DNA of 63,447 bases, the filler included, from Octopus bimaculoides (lineage: Eukaryota): NCBI RefSeq assembly GCF_001194135.2. It is 8 parts of 8 records of this genome, joined end to end, with 100 filler letters (N's around TTAATTAATTAA, not from the genome) between each part and the next. Parts side by side here need not be neighbours in the genome. Positions count along the whole stretch, not along the records: positions 1 to 8,733 come from NC_068981.1; positions 8,834 to 13,471 come from NC_069005.1; positions 13,572 to 22,965 come from NC_068987.1; 5 more parts are not named here. The stretch is one strand, 5' to 3'. How positions within the stretch are numbered: the stretch's first letter is position 1; each line of letters begins with the position of its first letter. Shown piece after piece: positions 1 to 13,929 of this stretch. The translations under genes were made by a program, and so were the position numbers. The notes under the pieces are model-generated. The model was not told the origin of the DNA. It ran no database searches and worked only from the letters and a program-made list of their open reading frames with translations.

Positions 1-170
<170 letters not shown>

Positions 171-790
171 TGTTTGACTTTTGCTTTGTATTTATACAAG
201 TTGTTTCCAAGTCTCACTCAGAGACCTCAAGGGACAACAATTTAGAAGTTCGTGTTGGTGTTATGCCTACAGTGTCATATATATGGTTTTGCACAGCTTT
301 CGTCCAGAGAATGCTCTAGAAAACATAAGAAAATTATGAGTTCGTTTTAAAATTTGAGATTACATAGATAGTATTTTACGTAGGACATGGGCACTTTCCA
401 TGAGCACTATATGTGGATTTCTGCCATTTTTGGATTTCCTGATATCTGAGCTATTTAGGAATCAGCTCCTTTTGCTATCATTCCTTGGGCAAAAATGGCA
501 ATAAATATTTTTTTCAGTCTTGAGGTTCCACATTTTGCCAATCTCTATTTCAAGATCTCAATACTTGCCCAGTTTTTGGTAAGTTCATTTTCAGCATCAT
601 CCCTTTTGTTCCACTGCGAGAAGATTGCTTTCAGCAAGATACATATTTATTTTCCTTGCAAGGTGCCTGTTAACACTTTCCATAAGATATAAAGATGAAT
701 AATGGGTTGGTAATTGACAGCCTCTCTGCCTTTTGACCAATCTTTCATCAACAATGTTGTCTTACCCCCTACATTCCACACGGGATATAT
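171..790 (-). mobile_element. R4/Dong-like non-LTR retrotransposon relic (REL endonuclease C-terminus and 3' UTR), internally deleted
   Basis: Manual minus-strand translation across frameshifts gives the RT start GKTTLLMKDWSKGREAVNYQPIIHLYILWKVLTG...YLAESNLLAVEQKG. This is joined near 600 to the REL-type C-terminus KLGKY*DLEIEIGKMWNLKT...GMIAKGAD...GNPKMAEI/IVLMESAHVLRKILSM* (stop at 360-362). The tail runs into (TAA)n. Confidence 0.75.
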
Positions 791-879
791 GTCCCTAAAA
801 GTGGAATGGCAGTTCCAGATGGACAAAGAAATGCCTGATACATTTGCTATGACTTTCGTTTTGTCTCCTAGGTGCGTTG

Positions 880-1105
880 CTTTACACCCTCCACACTTCT
901 CGGCCCAATGTCATTGTTTCGACCTTCCAGACACATTCTAGGCCAGTGTTTGTGATCAAGTTTTTGGTGTAAGTGTGACGACGTTTTCCTCTTCTTACAT
1001 CAACATGAAGTGGATTACCCAAGGTTAATATATATGTCTTTAGTACAGGATGACGCATGAAGTGACCAGATAGATTCGTTCATCTTTGCCTCATCTTCAG
1101 TGCTA
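880..1105 (-). mobile_element. RTE-clade LINE ORF C-terminal fragment
   Basis: Minus translation KMRQR*TNLSGHFMRHPVLKTYILTLGNPLHVDVRRGKRRHTYTKNLITNTGL...MTLGREVWRV* fits the RTE C-terminal pattern (R..GH..R...RGRP..TY...TGL...DR..WR). Confidence 0.55.
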
Positions 1106-3942
1106 TTACCATTTGTGTTAGATGTCCCTAAAAGTGAAATGGCTGTAACAGATGGATAAATAAATGCCTTATACACTTGCTATCACTTTAATATTGTTTA
1201 CCAGGTCCTTTGCTTTACACATAGGAATATGAGATCATATCCAAAGAGAAATTATTGGACTAATAACAACAAATCTCACAACTACCACAAATCCTCTCGC
1301 GTTTACTGTTTCGCCATTCTAACATTCATACCGTTCCAATATTGTGTTATAATCCTCGAGGTTAATGATATAGTATCCATTAACATACATTGGCGACTTA
1401 TACGTATTCATTCTTATGAGAACGACAATCTATCCCCTCTCAGATCCCGTGAGAACTAATTACTCCTTTCCTCATTATCAGTCTTCCGACAGTTTTGACA
1501 TTCCATTTTTCCTGTAGGCATCAGCTTGTAACATTTATATGAAAAGTCAAAAGAATCAAATTGCCTGTCTACAAATGTGTGCAAACACCACGGATGTAAT
1601 TCTGTATTACGTACTAAAACAATAAAATGAAATGTATAAACCTTCCAAACAATATAATGTTCCAAAATTCAACTGTAATTTATAATAGATTTGTTACTTC
1701 ATCTATGAATATATATTGAAATGAATCAAATATTTCCTGACATCTTGGAATACGGTCATAAATTCACCTCTGCAACTAGGGCTCAAATTCACATATCTTT
1801 TCCATCATTTAAGAACTCATAGCCACTTCTTCGTTGCTTGAAATACATTAACGTGTTTTTTTTTAAATCATCACAGTTTAAGACATTTGATAACAAAAGA
1901 ATATAGGATAAATCAAATGCCATCGTTATAGTTACACATGCATATGGCGTTCACTGTTCACAAACTTTTGCATGACTCTGTTATGATATTTAAAGTGGGC
2001 TAGCTCCTACAGATTCCCCTTCAGGATTTGCGTTAATTTCTAAAAACCTTCACCGAAATATTATAGTGTAAGTTATTTCGAAAAATATTCAATATAAATG
2101 CAGGTAGATTTCGGAAAGGAAATGGAATTAATTGTGCGTTCTTAATTTTCGAGGCGTACGCAAAATATGTTACCCCAATAATAAATTCTGAAAGCTACTT
2201 ATTGAAGGTGAATATTATCTAGCATTAAATTTCCAGTTCTTCAAACCTATTATGCCGATTTCTTGTAGCTTTCTCCTATTGAATACCAATTAAAACGCTT
2301 ATTATGAAACTTCCTTCTGGGGGCCACCGGACCTTCATAGACCTTTATAGATTGCAGTAATTCAATTGGTATATTTTGTAATACGAAAAATCAGTGTGGT
2401 CGACGTGCAATTATATAACCTGCCTGACTTGCAATGTGAAACGAAGTACCAATCTTTCTGCGGATCAGCACGAGTATTCGAATTTACATAAAGAGTTTAT
2501 GTCTTCTCCTTTAATATTTAACCATATTCAATGTATACCAGAGTGTTTATAAGAATATATTAAGTATTGGAAATAACACAATCTTCATCTGCGTTAGTCA
2601 TGCAATAAAATAAAATTTTGTTGCTGCTGAAGCGAATCATAAATATATTCCTAAGTGTTGTTTCACATTGCTCAGCAACGAGGTACAAATACTGATATGC
2701 ACACAGTTGAGTTGTTTTTCTTAATTACTGAAAAAAATCCCTTATAATTCATTTACAGTTAGATACTGATAAAAGTAGTTATGAAATGAATTCGCAAATG
2801 TACGATCTGAAAAGGCAATTCATAACTTCAAATCACTACATTGTGTGTAGAAATGTGTGATACAAATATAACGATCCATGATAATTTACGAAAACGCATT
2901 CAGAAACACATGACTCACTTTATTCGGTGTGGGTGATAAATGCATCAAAACCACCATATATGCTGGTTTCATCTCGGTTTAATACTCCCAATAAAACATG
3001 TAATAATGATAAATATTCGTGATTTGTGTACCTATTCCTTTTCCCTATATGATTGATATACATATATATGTATATATATATATATATATATATTGTTAAA
3101 TTTCATTTAATTAGAAAACGCTACTTACCCGGGTGTTTTAATTATTTCATAATTTTGTCAAGTTTTCGAACGTTCATTTAGTGAACATTGAAAACTATAG
3201 TGACGTTAAATAATATATATAATATTCTGACATTGCACCTAATAATGTTTTGTTACGGTGGTTCATAGTAAAATAATGCCATTTAGATAGACGAGGCAAA
3301 GTTAATTTCGAAACCAAACAGAGATGAAATGCAACAGCAATTCGATTTTGAACAATAAGGAGGAGATAGAACAAAAGCTGTGGTCTTTTAGCGAAACACA
3401 TTATATCTGTGGTAGTTTCATGTCATTAATGTAACTGCACATTTGAAATGCAATGTTATATACATGATACTTCGGAGCAGACTTTAGAGTATCTAAAATT
3501 ATTGTTATGCTTGAAATCCGTGCCAACAAATGTCTAAAAGTTGACACAAATGGCTTATAATAAAAGACCAGAAATATAATGAACCAAAACGGAATAGAGG
3601 CATTGGAATTCTAAAATAGGTGATTCATGATTAAACACTATAAGGATACGGGTATTAAATGCAACAAATAATAATTATCTTGACAAAAATTTCATCCTAT
3701 CTAAACTAATGTTTAAAATAAAGAAACGCATTATTTAGACTGCTTAAGTTCCAGGAATTATGAACATAAAGGAATCGATGTATTTTTAAGACCATTACAT
3801 ATCGCCATTGATTCACTGAAGAGAAATATCTTGTATATATAGTCAATATATTTAGATATCATGGATCAAATTCCCTAAGATGTTTGAAATGTCTTTCAAG
3901 ATGAAGAATTCATAATTTTTATAATATTTAGCCCCACGAACA

Positions 3943-4150
3943 GAGCGAGGGGCAGGAACGTAGCACGCCGGAGAAAACGCTTAGCAGCATTTTGTCCATC
4001 TTTACTTTCTAAGTACAGTCTCTGCTAAGGTCGACTTTGACATACAAACTTTCGGGTTCGACAGAATACGCAGTAGGAGAGTACTGGGATCCATGTCATA
4101 TACTTGACCCCACCCTCAACATCGCTGGTCATGTGCTGAAATTTGAAAGA
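3943..4150 (+). mobile_element. tRNA-derived SINE, family A (degenerate)
   Basis: Contains the head 'ggcaggaacgtagcacgccgg' and cores 'aggtcgactttg' and 'gtactggg'. Similar to copies at 33971, 52430 and 61880. Confidence 0.65.
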
Positions 4151-5396
4151 GATGTTAAGTAAAGACTAGGAAATTGACATAGTAATGCTAGATGATGCTA
4201 TTAAAATGGATTTACATAATGAGTAACTATATTCAGAAGACGATATATTCTTCCACTTACTACTAGTCCGCTGTGTCTTGCACATTCGAATATCTGATAA
4301 CGGTGTCTTCCATCATGTAATACTCAAAATATATTATATTCTCATTGAGATTTAATTCAAATTATACTGTGCCTCTAAGTATACATTCCACCATATAGTT
4401 ACTACTGTCCAACACACGCTTCATATTTCAACTTTGTACTCCCATCCGGTAGCACGTGTAGTTAATATCTACCACTTTGTATTCACAGGTGAAGCCCAAA
4501 TGCAGATGACTCAAAAACATTATGCATTTGGATAATGACGTCTATTCAACATTCTTTACATATATACATGGAGCAATGAATAAAATGCCGTCTAAATCAT
4601 GCAAAAACGAAATGATAAAATGTTATTTTGGTTTTTGGAAGGCTGGTAACGTGGTGCGGTTTGAAGTTATACTGTTCTTTGTATGCTCACTTGCATTTCC
4701 TCCTGTGTGACTATATAGCTATGATGGAAAGACTTTACAAGTGTCATTTAAGAGCCCACTCCTTGAGTAATTGTTTTGAGGACACTTTATTTTGGTATTG
4801 CTGGTAAAATTTGTTCATTCAATTTGTTTGGCAATTCTTCTATGTGGGCTACACTTTATTGTAATCTATCATCAGCCACTCTATAAAATCAATATTTATT
4901 TCTCCCCAAGGGGGATTAGTGGATATTATGGATTACCAAAAATGATTACTGAGATTTGAGTTTTTGTGTTTGTATGTTTCTGCAGGTATGTTTCTGTTGG
5001 CATACTTAAATTAAATGTTTTGTCGAACTTTCGATTGGAGAGATGATTCAGTGTGTGGATTTCTTTTGAATCACCTTGGGAAGATGAATTAGTTCATTAT
5101 CTCAGTAAATAAGATGTTTTGTTGTGTCCGATCTGTATTCGAATCAGAATATTTAATCGTCCTATCCTTCTAGTGAACTTCTTGCATCATTTCATTTTTT
5201 TCTTTTCTTTTTCAATCCCCAAACCCTAATGTTTTGTGCATATTTTTGTGTCAATGTGTAGGTTCTATGCAATATGAATAAGACAATTAAGAATTGCGTA
5301 AAATCACTTCCATTTATATTAGTTTTGTACAAAACAAAAACACACTCATATAGCAACGCCTATTCACAGATCCATCTATCTATCTATGTATCTATC

Positions 5397-5439
<43 letters not shown>

Positions 5440-6396
5440 NNNNNNNNNNNNNNNNNNNNNNNNNNNNNNNNNNNNNNNNTATATATATATATATATATAT
5501 ATATCCATTCATCCATCCATCTATATATCTTTATGCAACTCGTTTACAATCATAGGATATTTATCAACACTATTTTACTTCAGATTGATAAGCAACAATT
5601 CAGTAATATAACCTCACAGCTGACGAGAGAGAGAGCTGAAACCTATTGCATTTAAATTTATCGAGAAAAATAATGTCATAAAACTTTAACGATCATTGCA
5701 TCGTAGACAATATTTTGATTGCGTTTTTGTAGGCACAAAGCATTACATAATATTGCTTTCGACGGAATAAAAATACACTATGAAAGATAAGGACAATTTC
5801 AAAAATCACTGTCATTAATGTCAATAGAATCACAGTGTAGTTTTATTCGCAAAATTCATCGGAGATAATGACATAAGAGATCAGTTAAACATGATACACC
5901 TACACGTAAGAGCATCTCAATATGATGATTTTATGTGTGTACCTGTGTGCGTTTGCACGCTCGTTTGTGTGCGTGTTTGTGTGAGTGAATGTGGATATGT
6001 ATCTATGTATGTAAATGTAGAGACACACTATAATATCGGAAGGCTAACATGCAATGAATTGATTTCGAAATTTTTTCATATTTACTTCCTATATAATATG
6101 GTTAATCGCATTGCATCACTTGATAAATACGATGGCTTGTATTCTTGTTTTGTTTTTACGGATATTCATTTCGCCACAAATCTGGGCGTTCCGTTTTTCA
6201 CTTAATCCTTTCATTTCATAGTTCAGTTCAATGACAAGTGACAATAAGTCCAGATAGACCCAAACGTTCAGTTCAAAGAACATTTGCGATAGATTTTGTA
6301 TTTTCACGAACAGTGGCTGTAAAGTAAGTTCTTTTTTGCAACTATTTTAATCCTAAATCCGTTGGACACAAAATATTGATCAAACTGCTGTGTAGT

Positions 6397-6460
<64 letters not shown>

Positions 6461-7950
6461 NNNNNNNNNNNNNNNNNNNNNNNNNNNNNNNNNNNNNNNN
6501 NNNNNNNNNNNNNNNNNNNNNNNNNNNNNNNNNNNNNNNNNNNNNNNNNNNNNNNNNNNNNNNNNNNNNNNNNNNNNNNNNNNNNNNNNNNNNNNNNNNN
6601 NNNNNNNNNNNNNNNNNNNNNNNNNNNNNNNNNNNNNNNNNNNNNNNNNNNNNNNNNNNNNNNNNNNNNNNNNNNNNNNNNNNNNNNNNNNNNNNNNNNN
6701 NNNNNNNNNNNNNNNNNNNNNNNNNNNNNNNNNNNNNNNNNNNNNNNNNNNNNNNNNNNNNNNNNNNNNNNNNNNNNNNNNNNNNNNNNNNNNNNNNNNN
6801 NNNNNNNNNNNNNNNNNNNNNNNNNNNNNNNNNNNNNNNNNNNNNNNNNNNNNNNNNNNNNNNNNNNNNNNNNNNNNNNNNNNNNNNNNNNNNNNNNNNN
6901 NNNNNNNNNNNNNNNNNNNNNNNNNNNNNNNNNNNNNNNNNNNNNNNNNNNNNNNNNNNNNNNNNNNNNNNNNNNNNNNNNNNNNNNNNNNNNNNNNNNN
7001 NNNNNNNNNNNNNNNNNNNNNNNNNNNNNNNNNNNNNNNNNNNNNNNNNNNNNNNNNNNNNNNNNNNNNNNNNNNNNNNNNNNNNNNNNNNNNNNNNNNN
7101 NNNNNNNNNNNNNNNNNNNNNNNNNNNNNNNNNNNNNNNNNNNNNNNNNNNNNNNNNNNNNNNNNNNNNNNNNNNNNNNNNNNNNNNNNNNNNNNNNNNN
7201 NNNNNNNNNNNNNNNNNNNNNNNNNNNNNNNNNNNNNNNNNNNNNNNNNNNNNNNNNNNNNNNNNNNNNNNATTTACATAACCAGTTTCACTTTTTTAGA
7301 AAAAGATTATCAAAAGTCTTTGAGAATAATAGAAAATGTTAAAAAACAGTTTGAGTATTAAAATGCATATATACATTCTTTGATGATAATAAGAGGAATA
7401 TATTTAAAGTATAAAGCTTTGTATGAGCTTTGTAGTGTTACATTCTGATTATCACACATTCTCTGATAATAAGATGAAAATGTTAAAAACTGTGTAAGTA
7501 TCAAATTACATATATACATTCTTTGATAATAATAATAAGAATATGTTTGAAACAGTTTACAACGTTGTTATAACAAAAAGGATTTGGTAAAATATGTATA
7601 TATATACCCAGGAAATATANNNNNNNNNNACAACGTTGTTATAACAAAAAGGATTTGGTAAAATATGTATATATATACCCAGGAAATATATTTAAGAGTT
7701 CGCAAAAAGTTGAGGAGGAACTGACCTAGCTTTTTTCTCTAGTGTGTATTGAGGGAATGTTTGCTGTCTTAAGAAACAATATGACTAGCTAGCTGGGGTG
7801 GGAGGAAGGAAGAGTTAAAAGGGATTTTTTGATTTTTGGTTGGTTTGTGAGCTAGTCTGTCATAGTTCACTGGTTTTGGGGACTGGTTTTGTGCACATCT
7901 CTATGTGTGTGTGTATATATGTGTGTTTGTGTCCGTGTGTGTGTGTGTGC

Positions 7951-8730
7951 ACAAGGGTATTTAAAGCAGCACACTCACTCAGACAGAGAGACACACACAC
8001 TCACGTACACTCACACTCCCACACCCACACACAGATGCACACATACATACACACACAGACGCACACATATGTACACACCCTCACACATACATGCGGTTGC
8101 GCTCTCTCTCACACACACACACACCACAAGGACGATTAAAACAACACATACATACTCAGAAAAATAGATATACGCACACTCTCAAGTACACACACCTAGC
8201 ATCCCCACCGTCACAAAAAACACACAAACACACATACACACGCACTCACAAACGCACTCACGCACACAAACGAACAAAAACACATACACACACATGCGCA
8301 CACACAACACCCTAACAAATATTAATCACGCACATACACACTCACACAAACGTGCACATACATACATACACCATCCTACCATAGCTAAAACACTCACATA
8401 CTCTTATACACATGCCACACACGCACACATACAGACATACACATACATATGAACCATTACACACATACGGTTGCTTACACACACACACGCACACACACCA
8501 CAAGGATATTTAAAACAACACACCCACTCAGACAGAGAGACACACACTCCCACACTCACACAAAACACTCCCACGCACACACATAGATGCACACATACAT
8601 ACACACACATACGCACACATACGTACACACCCTCACACATACATACGGTTGCTCTCACACACACACACCACAAGGACGATTAAAACAACACATACATACT
8701 CAGACAAAGAGATATACGCACACTCTCACG
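7951..8730. repeat. CA-rich complex repeat with a segment duplicated about 545 bp apart
   Basis: 'acaagg(g/a)tatttaaa..cagacagagagacacac..caccacaaggacgattaaaacaacacatacatactcaga' occurs at about 7951-8180 and again at about 8497-8730. Confidence 0.8.
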
Positions 8731-9048
8731 TACNNNNNNNNNNNNNNNNNNNNNNNNNNNNNNNNNNNNNNNNNNNNTTAATTAATTAANNNNNNNNNNN
8801 NNNNNNNNNNNNNNNNNNNNNNNNNNNNNNNNNCTCTTTTCTTTCAACACTGGCAAGTTTGAAGTTGTTGTTGTCGTTGTTAGTGGTTGCAGACACTTCA
8901 TACTTAATGGACTGGCAAAGTAATGTCTTCTGAGTACAATCTTCGCCATTCTTCTGAATGTCTCTTTCTATTTCTTTGTAATTCAAATTTATAAAAACAA
9001 AATAATTATATTCTAGATTTCTTTGTTCCTAGTTCACCTGTCTCTCTA

Positions 9049-9088
<40 letters not shown>

Positions 9089-9508
9089 TCACATATCTTT
9101 TAAGTGTGCGCCCATTTCTATGCAAATACTGGGAGCCACCAAATGTTATTTCTTTTCTCTCTCTGTTCTTTTTCATTTCCCCAAATTTTATTTTCAATTC
9201 TACTTCAAAGTTGTAGTGGACCAGAAATAAGGTTTGTTATTTCAATATCTCTGCTCTTCTGTTCCAAATATTTCACAGAAATATATTATAATTTTTACAC
9301 ATGATGATGATAATAATCACACAGATGCTACTATTTAGTTTTGTCTATTTTCTATGATTGTAAACTCACACACTCACACACATACGTAGGAAAGAGGAAA
9401 CCTTTTAAAGTTTAATTGCATTCATATTTTCCATATAACAATCCTGTTTTAATGTTAAAACAGTATTAGTTTTGAGAGCTTTATATATATATATTTATAT
9501 AGGTATAC

Positions 9509-9583
<75 letters not shown>

Positions 9584-10084
9584 TAGATAGATGGATATAA
9601 ATGACGTGACTGGTATGTAATAATAGTTTATAAATTTACTTCTTTGAATGGCCACAGCTGAAATGCAATTCACAACAACACACCAGGAGTCTCTCTCCTG
9701 CCACCTTTGGTAGATCTCCAGTTTCTCTGCGTGTGTCTGTGTGTCCTTGTATTTTATATTCTTGTTAACAGCCTAGCTATATACATAAAGTATAGTTATA
9801 TTACACTCACTCAGTGTCATTAAGGATTAAAGGTTTTAGTTTTTATTTTTAGCTTCAATTCAGTCCCAACAAAGATGTCACTCCATCCATGACTCTCTCT
9901 CCTTTTTGTACAGCTTGGACAATGTTGTCCTCTGTCGTCTTTTGCTTTGTATAATGTGGTAGGTAGGAGTGCAGTTTGACTCCCATTTCTAGAGGGCTGC
10001 AAAACTACATAGAGGCTCCCATTTATGCCTGTTGTTTCATATAGTTTTGGCTATGTGTATTTAACTGCTCTCTTATAGATAATA

Positions 10085-10310
10085 TATACATAATACCGCA
10101 TCTGGAAAATTCACCGCAAACATTTTTTGCCATGGGAAATTTCGCTGTAGGAAATTTCCCCATAATTAAGAGAAAATTACCTTTCTCTAATTGGTAGGTT
10201 AGTTGATGAAGTTGCCATTTTAAGAAAACAGCTAATCTTTATTTTTGCTATTAATTTGTTTTTTTTACGGCAAAAATGCTTATAGTGAAATTTCCTATGA
10301 CCACCTAATA
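10085..10310. mobile_element. Possible non-autonomous Helitron/Helentron-like element
   Basis: Repeated ggaaaattc/gaaatttc motifs flank 'ggtaggttag', an arrangement typical of such elements. There is no coding evidence. Confidence 0.25.
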
Positions 10311-10909
10311 CATACATTTACACCTATGTAAAAACATCCACATTATTTTACTGACCTTCATGTCTACCTGGAAAATAGAATCAATGTAACCCTGGACTAA
10401 ATTGTTGCTTTATATTTAGATTATGCATTTCTGTCTTTCTTCTTTTGGCCTCTGTTTGTGTGAGTGAAACAGCTGTAGGGGATGTTGGTGGCGTGTTTCT
10501 TTTGATCAGCTCCAGTCCCAAATCTCCCCCTCCTCATGGCATTATGTATATTTATGTATATCAGAAAAAAAAATAATTACTAGCTTCGTCTATTTTCAAC
10601 TCTGAAAGAGTTAATGCTTTTTTTTTTTTTGTTCTTTAAAAAATATTTTCTTCCTCCTCCTTCTATTATGCTCTCTCTCTCTCTGTGTCTCATAAATTAA
10701 GCCCCTCCATTCTATTATTATTATTGCATACACTACCTCTTACCATGTTGTTGAGTCTTGATGTTGCTTTTTTTATTTTCTTACTTTTAACTGCATAATT
10801 TGAACACAAAAATTGTCTTCTCTTGTAGTTTTATTCCATGAATGATATAAAGATATATAATCTTTGTTGATTTCATAACATTTGTATTTAAAAAGTAATA
10901 TTAATAATG

Positions 10910-10945
<36 letters not shown>

Positions 10946-11849
10946 TATTATTATTATTATTTAGTCAGTTCCATAATTCTGATGGTGTCGGCGAGGTGTA
11001 TCTAATGGTATTCTTCCTTTTTTTTTTTCATGTACTTCTAAAGGTTAAATACTTAAAGGATGGATTGGAAGCTAGGAGCATTCATTGTCTGGAGACAGGA
11101 TCCTAGGAACCTGGGTGGAGGGTGAGGAAAAAAAAAATATCTATAACGAAAGAGAGCACAGGAGATTTAGTCATGTTTGTTGTTTTCTCTCCGGAAAAGA
11201 ACAAAAAAAAAAACAAAAAACAAAAATACACAAATGCAGGAAAGGATTTATTAAGGATGACTTAATTAATATATTTCAGCCGTTTAAATAATGCAAAAAA
11301 AAAAAAAAAAAANNNNNNNNNNATATATATATATATGTATATTATATTTTTTAAACTATGTCTTAATCACTTGTACCACCAGATTCAGGATAACGAAGGA
11401 TATACCATTTTTTTTTATTGGAAAGCAAAATGAGGCAAATATATCGAATTAATTTTAAAAAGGAGGAAAAAAAATCTATGTAAAAAAAAAAACAAATATA
11501 AACGAGGCAAAAATCGGATTAAATTCACTTCTGGTAAAATACTTCCTACAGGAATTTTTCATCTGCTTTTCTTGGATTTCTTTTAACAGAATAATGGATT
11601 TAACCTGTAATTGGAATTTTTCATAATTTAACGGATTGCTTTCAATGAAAAAAAAGGTGGAATCGATGGAAGGAAAGGAAAAACAAAACCTATAAATATA
11701 AATATTAAATGATATAAATAATTATAATCTTTAACGGAACTCCTGCAAGTAATTTCTATGGAAAATAAAATTTCAAAGGAGAATGTTTTAAGGGGAGAGT
11801 TTGAGAAAAACAAATTGTTCTGTAATAGGGTTTATTATTGAAAAGACTA

Positions 11850-13000
11850 GTTTTTAGAATTAGGGGGCAAGTTTAAAAATAGTGAAATCTTTGGTCTAGC
11901 TGCTGCCTTTTCCAGCTTATAGAATGAATCTCTCTTGTAGAATTATTTGGTGCTTAGATAGTATTTTTGCATGCAAGTGATAGCTAATCTTTGGTGTGTG
12001 TGTTTGTATTGTCTGGTTAGATATAATGAAAGGCATTTGATAGCTTTTGTTGTAAAATGCAAAGATAATTTGACTGTTGCTAGTAGCTTGTTACTCCTTC
12101 TTTTTGGGAGTTTCTTCGTTTAGTAATTAGTGTTACTGTTAATGTATTTTGCCACTGAGTCCGTTACGTAAGTTCAAAAGCTGCTCTTGTTGGGGGCAGG
12201 GGGCAGAGAATCGGTTTTTTTTCTTCTTTGATCTGTTAAGAGCTGCTAAATTAGTCTTAGAGAATTTGAATCATTGATTTCTTATAGAGTTGGCAATGTG
12301 AAAGTGTTAAGATTTTTAATTGGGAAAATAGCGAGTGGAGCTGTTCAAGTGTTTAATATTTTAAATTACAAAAATCTGAAATGAAATCTTGATTAAACAG
12401 TGATGCATGTCTTACGGGTTAGATTTTTTTCCCCTTCCTGAAAGTTTCCTAGTTGGCTGAGAGGATAGTCTATCAGCCGAGAAGTCTTTTTGTATCTTTG
12501 TTGTCATACTTGTTCCTCAGTTTTATCAGAGTCACCATAACAATTAATTAGGCACACACTTGCATGTTGGGAGAAAGACCGGTCATTTATTATTGTTCAA
12601 ATCCTCTTGTGTGTTGGTATTATTTTTATAGCTCACCTCGTTCCATCTGTATCTCTATGCAGTTTCTACTGATTGATCCAGTCTACCTGATTTTCAGGTG
12701 TGTGTGTGTGTGTGATCTGCATAGAGGGGAGGTGCATCATTATAGCTATCAATATAAGGTGCGATATCAAAGTGTATTATCCTTTTGGAAAGGGATACAA
12801 AATCAAAACCAAAAAGAAAGTCTTCCCATGATGGGATTTAATCCATACATTTTGCTTAGATGTAATTGGAAAGTTCTTCACTGGTTTTAGAATGAAGACA
12901 GATAATTTGTTACGAAAGTAACTCTAAATTTGACTGCTGCCACCTTTAGAAATTTCTCTGTTGGGTTACTGTAGATCGTGGCTTTTAATTTTGTTCAGAT
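11850..13000 (-). mobile_element. Highly decayed Penelope-like RT relic
   Basis: Scattered minus-strand peptide remnants KLSVFILKP, IA..APPLYAD and LTRKTCITV resemble PLE RT motifs (LS.F.D.ILKP; G.AMG...AP.YA; LARRICTIV). Many stops and frameshifts. Confidence 0.35.
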
Positions 13001-13343
13001 TTAACAGAAAATAACAATGAATTGAGGTACACAGACCAGATTTGTAAAGTTTAAGGCTTCGCTTTGTTTTCATGGTTTATCTCTTGTTTTTAGGTTGTTT
13101 TTATGTTAAACCCTTTATTGTTGAACCTGCATTGGTCCGATATAAAGGACAGAATAGCTAAACAAACAATGGTCAGTGGAAATGATTTGGTGTATGAAAG
13201 GGGTGGACGTTGAACTTGATTTAAAAGAGTGATAGTGAACTAAGACTCAATGAAATTTCAATTTACTGATTCAGTGCAGAACACCATTTTGAAAAATTAA
13301 CTTTTCTCCCCGTCCCTATGGTCATCTTATTTCTTCATTCTAC

Positions 13344-13471
13344 TTGGATTCTATAACAGGAAAGGAATTCTTAAACTATATTTCTTGGTTCTATTTGGAT
13401 TCTATAACAGGAAAGGAATTCTTAAACTATATTTCTTGGTTCTATTTGGATTCTATAACAGGAAAGGAATT
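13344..13471. repeat. 51-bp tandem minisatellite, about 2.5 copies, running into a gap
   Basis: The unit ttggattctataacaggaaaggaattcttaaactatatttcttggttctat starts at 13344, 13395 and 13446. Confidence 0.9.
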
Positions 13472-13571
13472 NNNNNNNNNNNNNNNNNNNNNNNNNNNNN
13501 NNNNNNNNNNNNNNNTTAATTAATTAANNNNNNNNNNNNNNNNNNNNNNNNNNNNNNNNNNNNNNNNNNNN

Positions 13572-13848
13572 GGAAGGAGAAAGTGTTGAACAAGTGCGAC
13601 GCGTGGTTGGTGTCATAAATGTGAGAAGGGAGAGAAGCCACTAGGGGGCAAGGACACGATCAAGATATTTGGAGATAAGCTCGGTGGGGCAATTACAGGC
13701 GGAGACGATGGGGCGGCCAGGGCTATTTAAGTTTGTGAATTTGGGGGAGGAAGTAACGGTGGGAGTGCGTGGGGTGCGAACAATGAGGTTGGAGGTGGTG
13801 TCAGGGAGACGGGAAGAGGAGATGAGTTCATGGATAGTGGAGATGTTT
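13572..13848 (-). mobile_element. Penelope-like element RT N-terminal fragment
   Basis: Minus translation with frameshifts: LISSSRLPDTTSNLIVRTPRTP/YFLPQIHK/LNSPGRPIVSACNCPTELISKYLDRVLAP*/VASLPSHIYDTNHA. This is the canonical PLE 'LPKIHK..PGRPIVS.C..PTE.IS..LD' block. Confidence 0.85.
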
Positions 13849-13853
13849 AAATG

Positions 13854-13929
13854 CCAACATAACGTGGCAGTCCTATAGAGGACGATGTTACTGTTGTTTT
13901 AGCACTAGGAAAACATCTTTTCCAGCTGG
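13854..13929. repeat. Single-arm copy of the repeat that forms the palindrome at 23096-23305
   Basis: 'caacataacgtggcagtcc...atgttactgttgttttagcactaggaaaacatcttttccagctgg' aligns by eye with the left arm at 23110-23185. Confidence 0.6.

Noticed and set aside
1518-1632. Strong acceptor followed by a frame containing NCLSTNVCKHHGCNS, resembling an Ly6 C-terminus
   Set aside because: The GCN frame has a stop between the acceptor and the motif, and there is no hydrophobic GPI tail. A second Ly6 paralogue or pseudo-exon cannot be supported.
7561-7690. Exact duplication of about 59 bp on either side of an 11-N gap
   Set aside because: Typical unmerged contig overlap.
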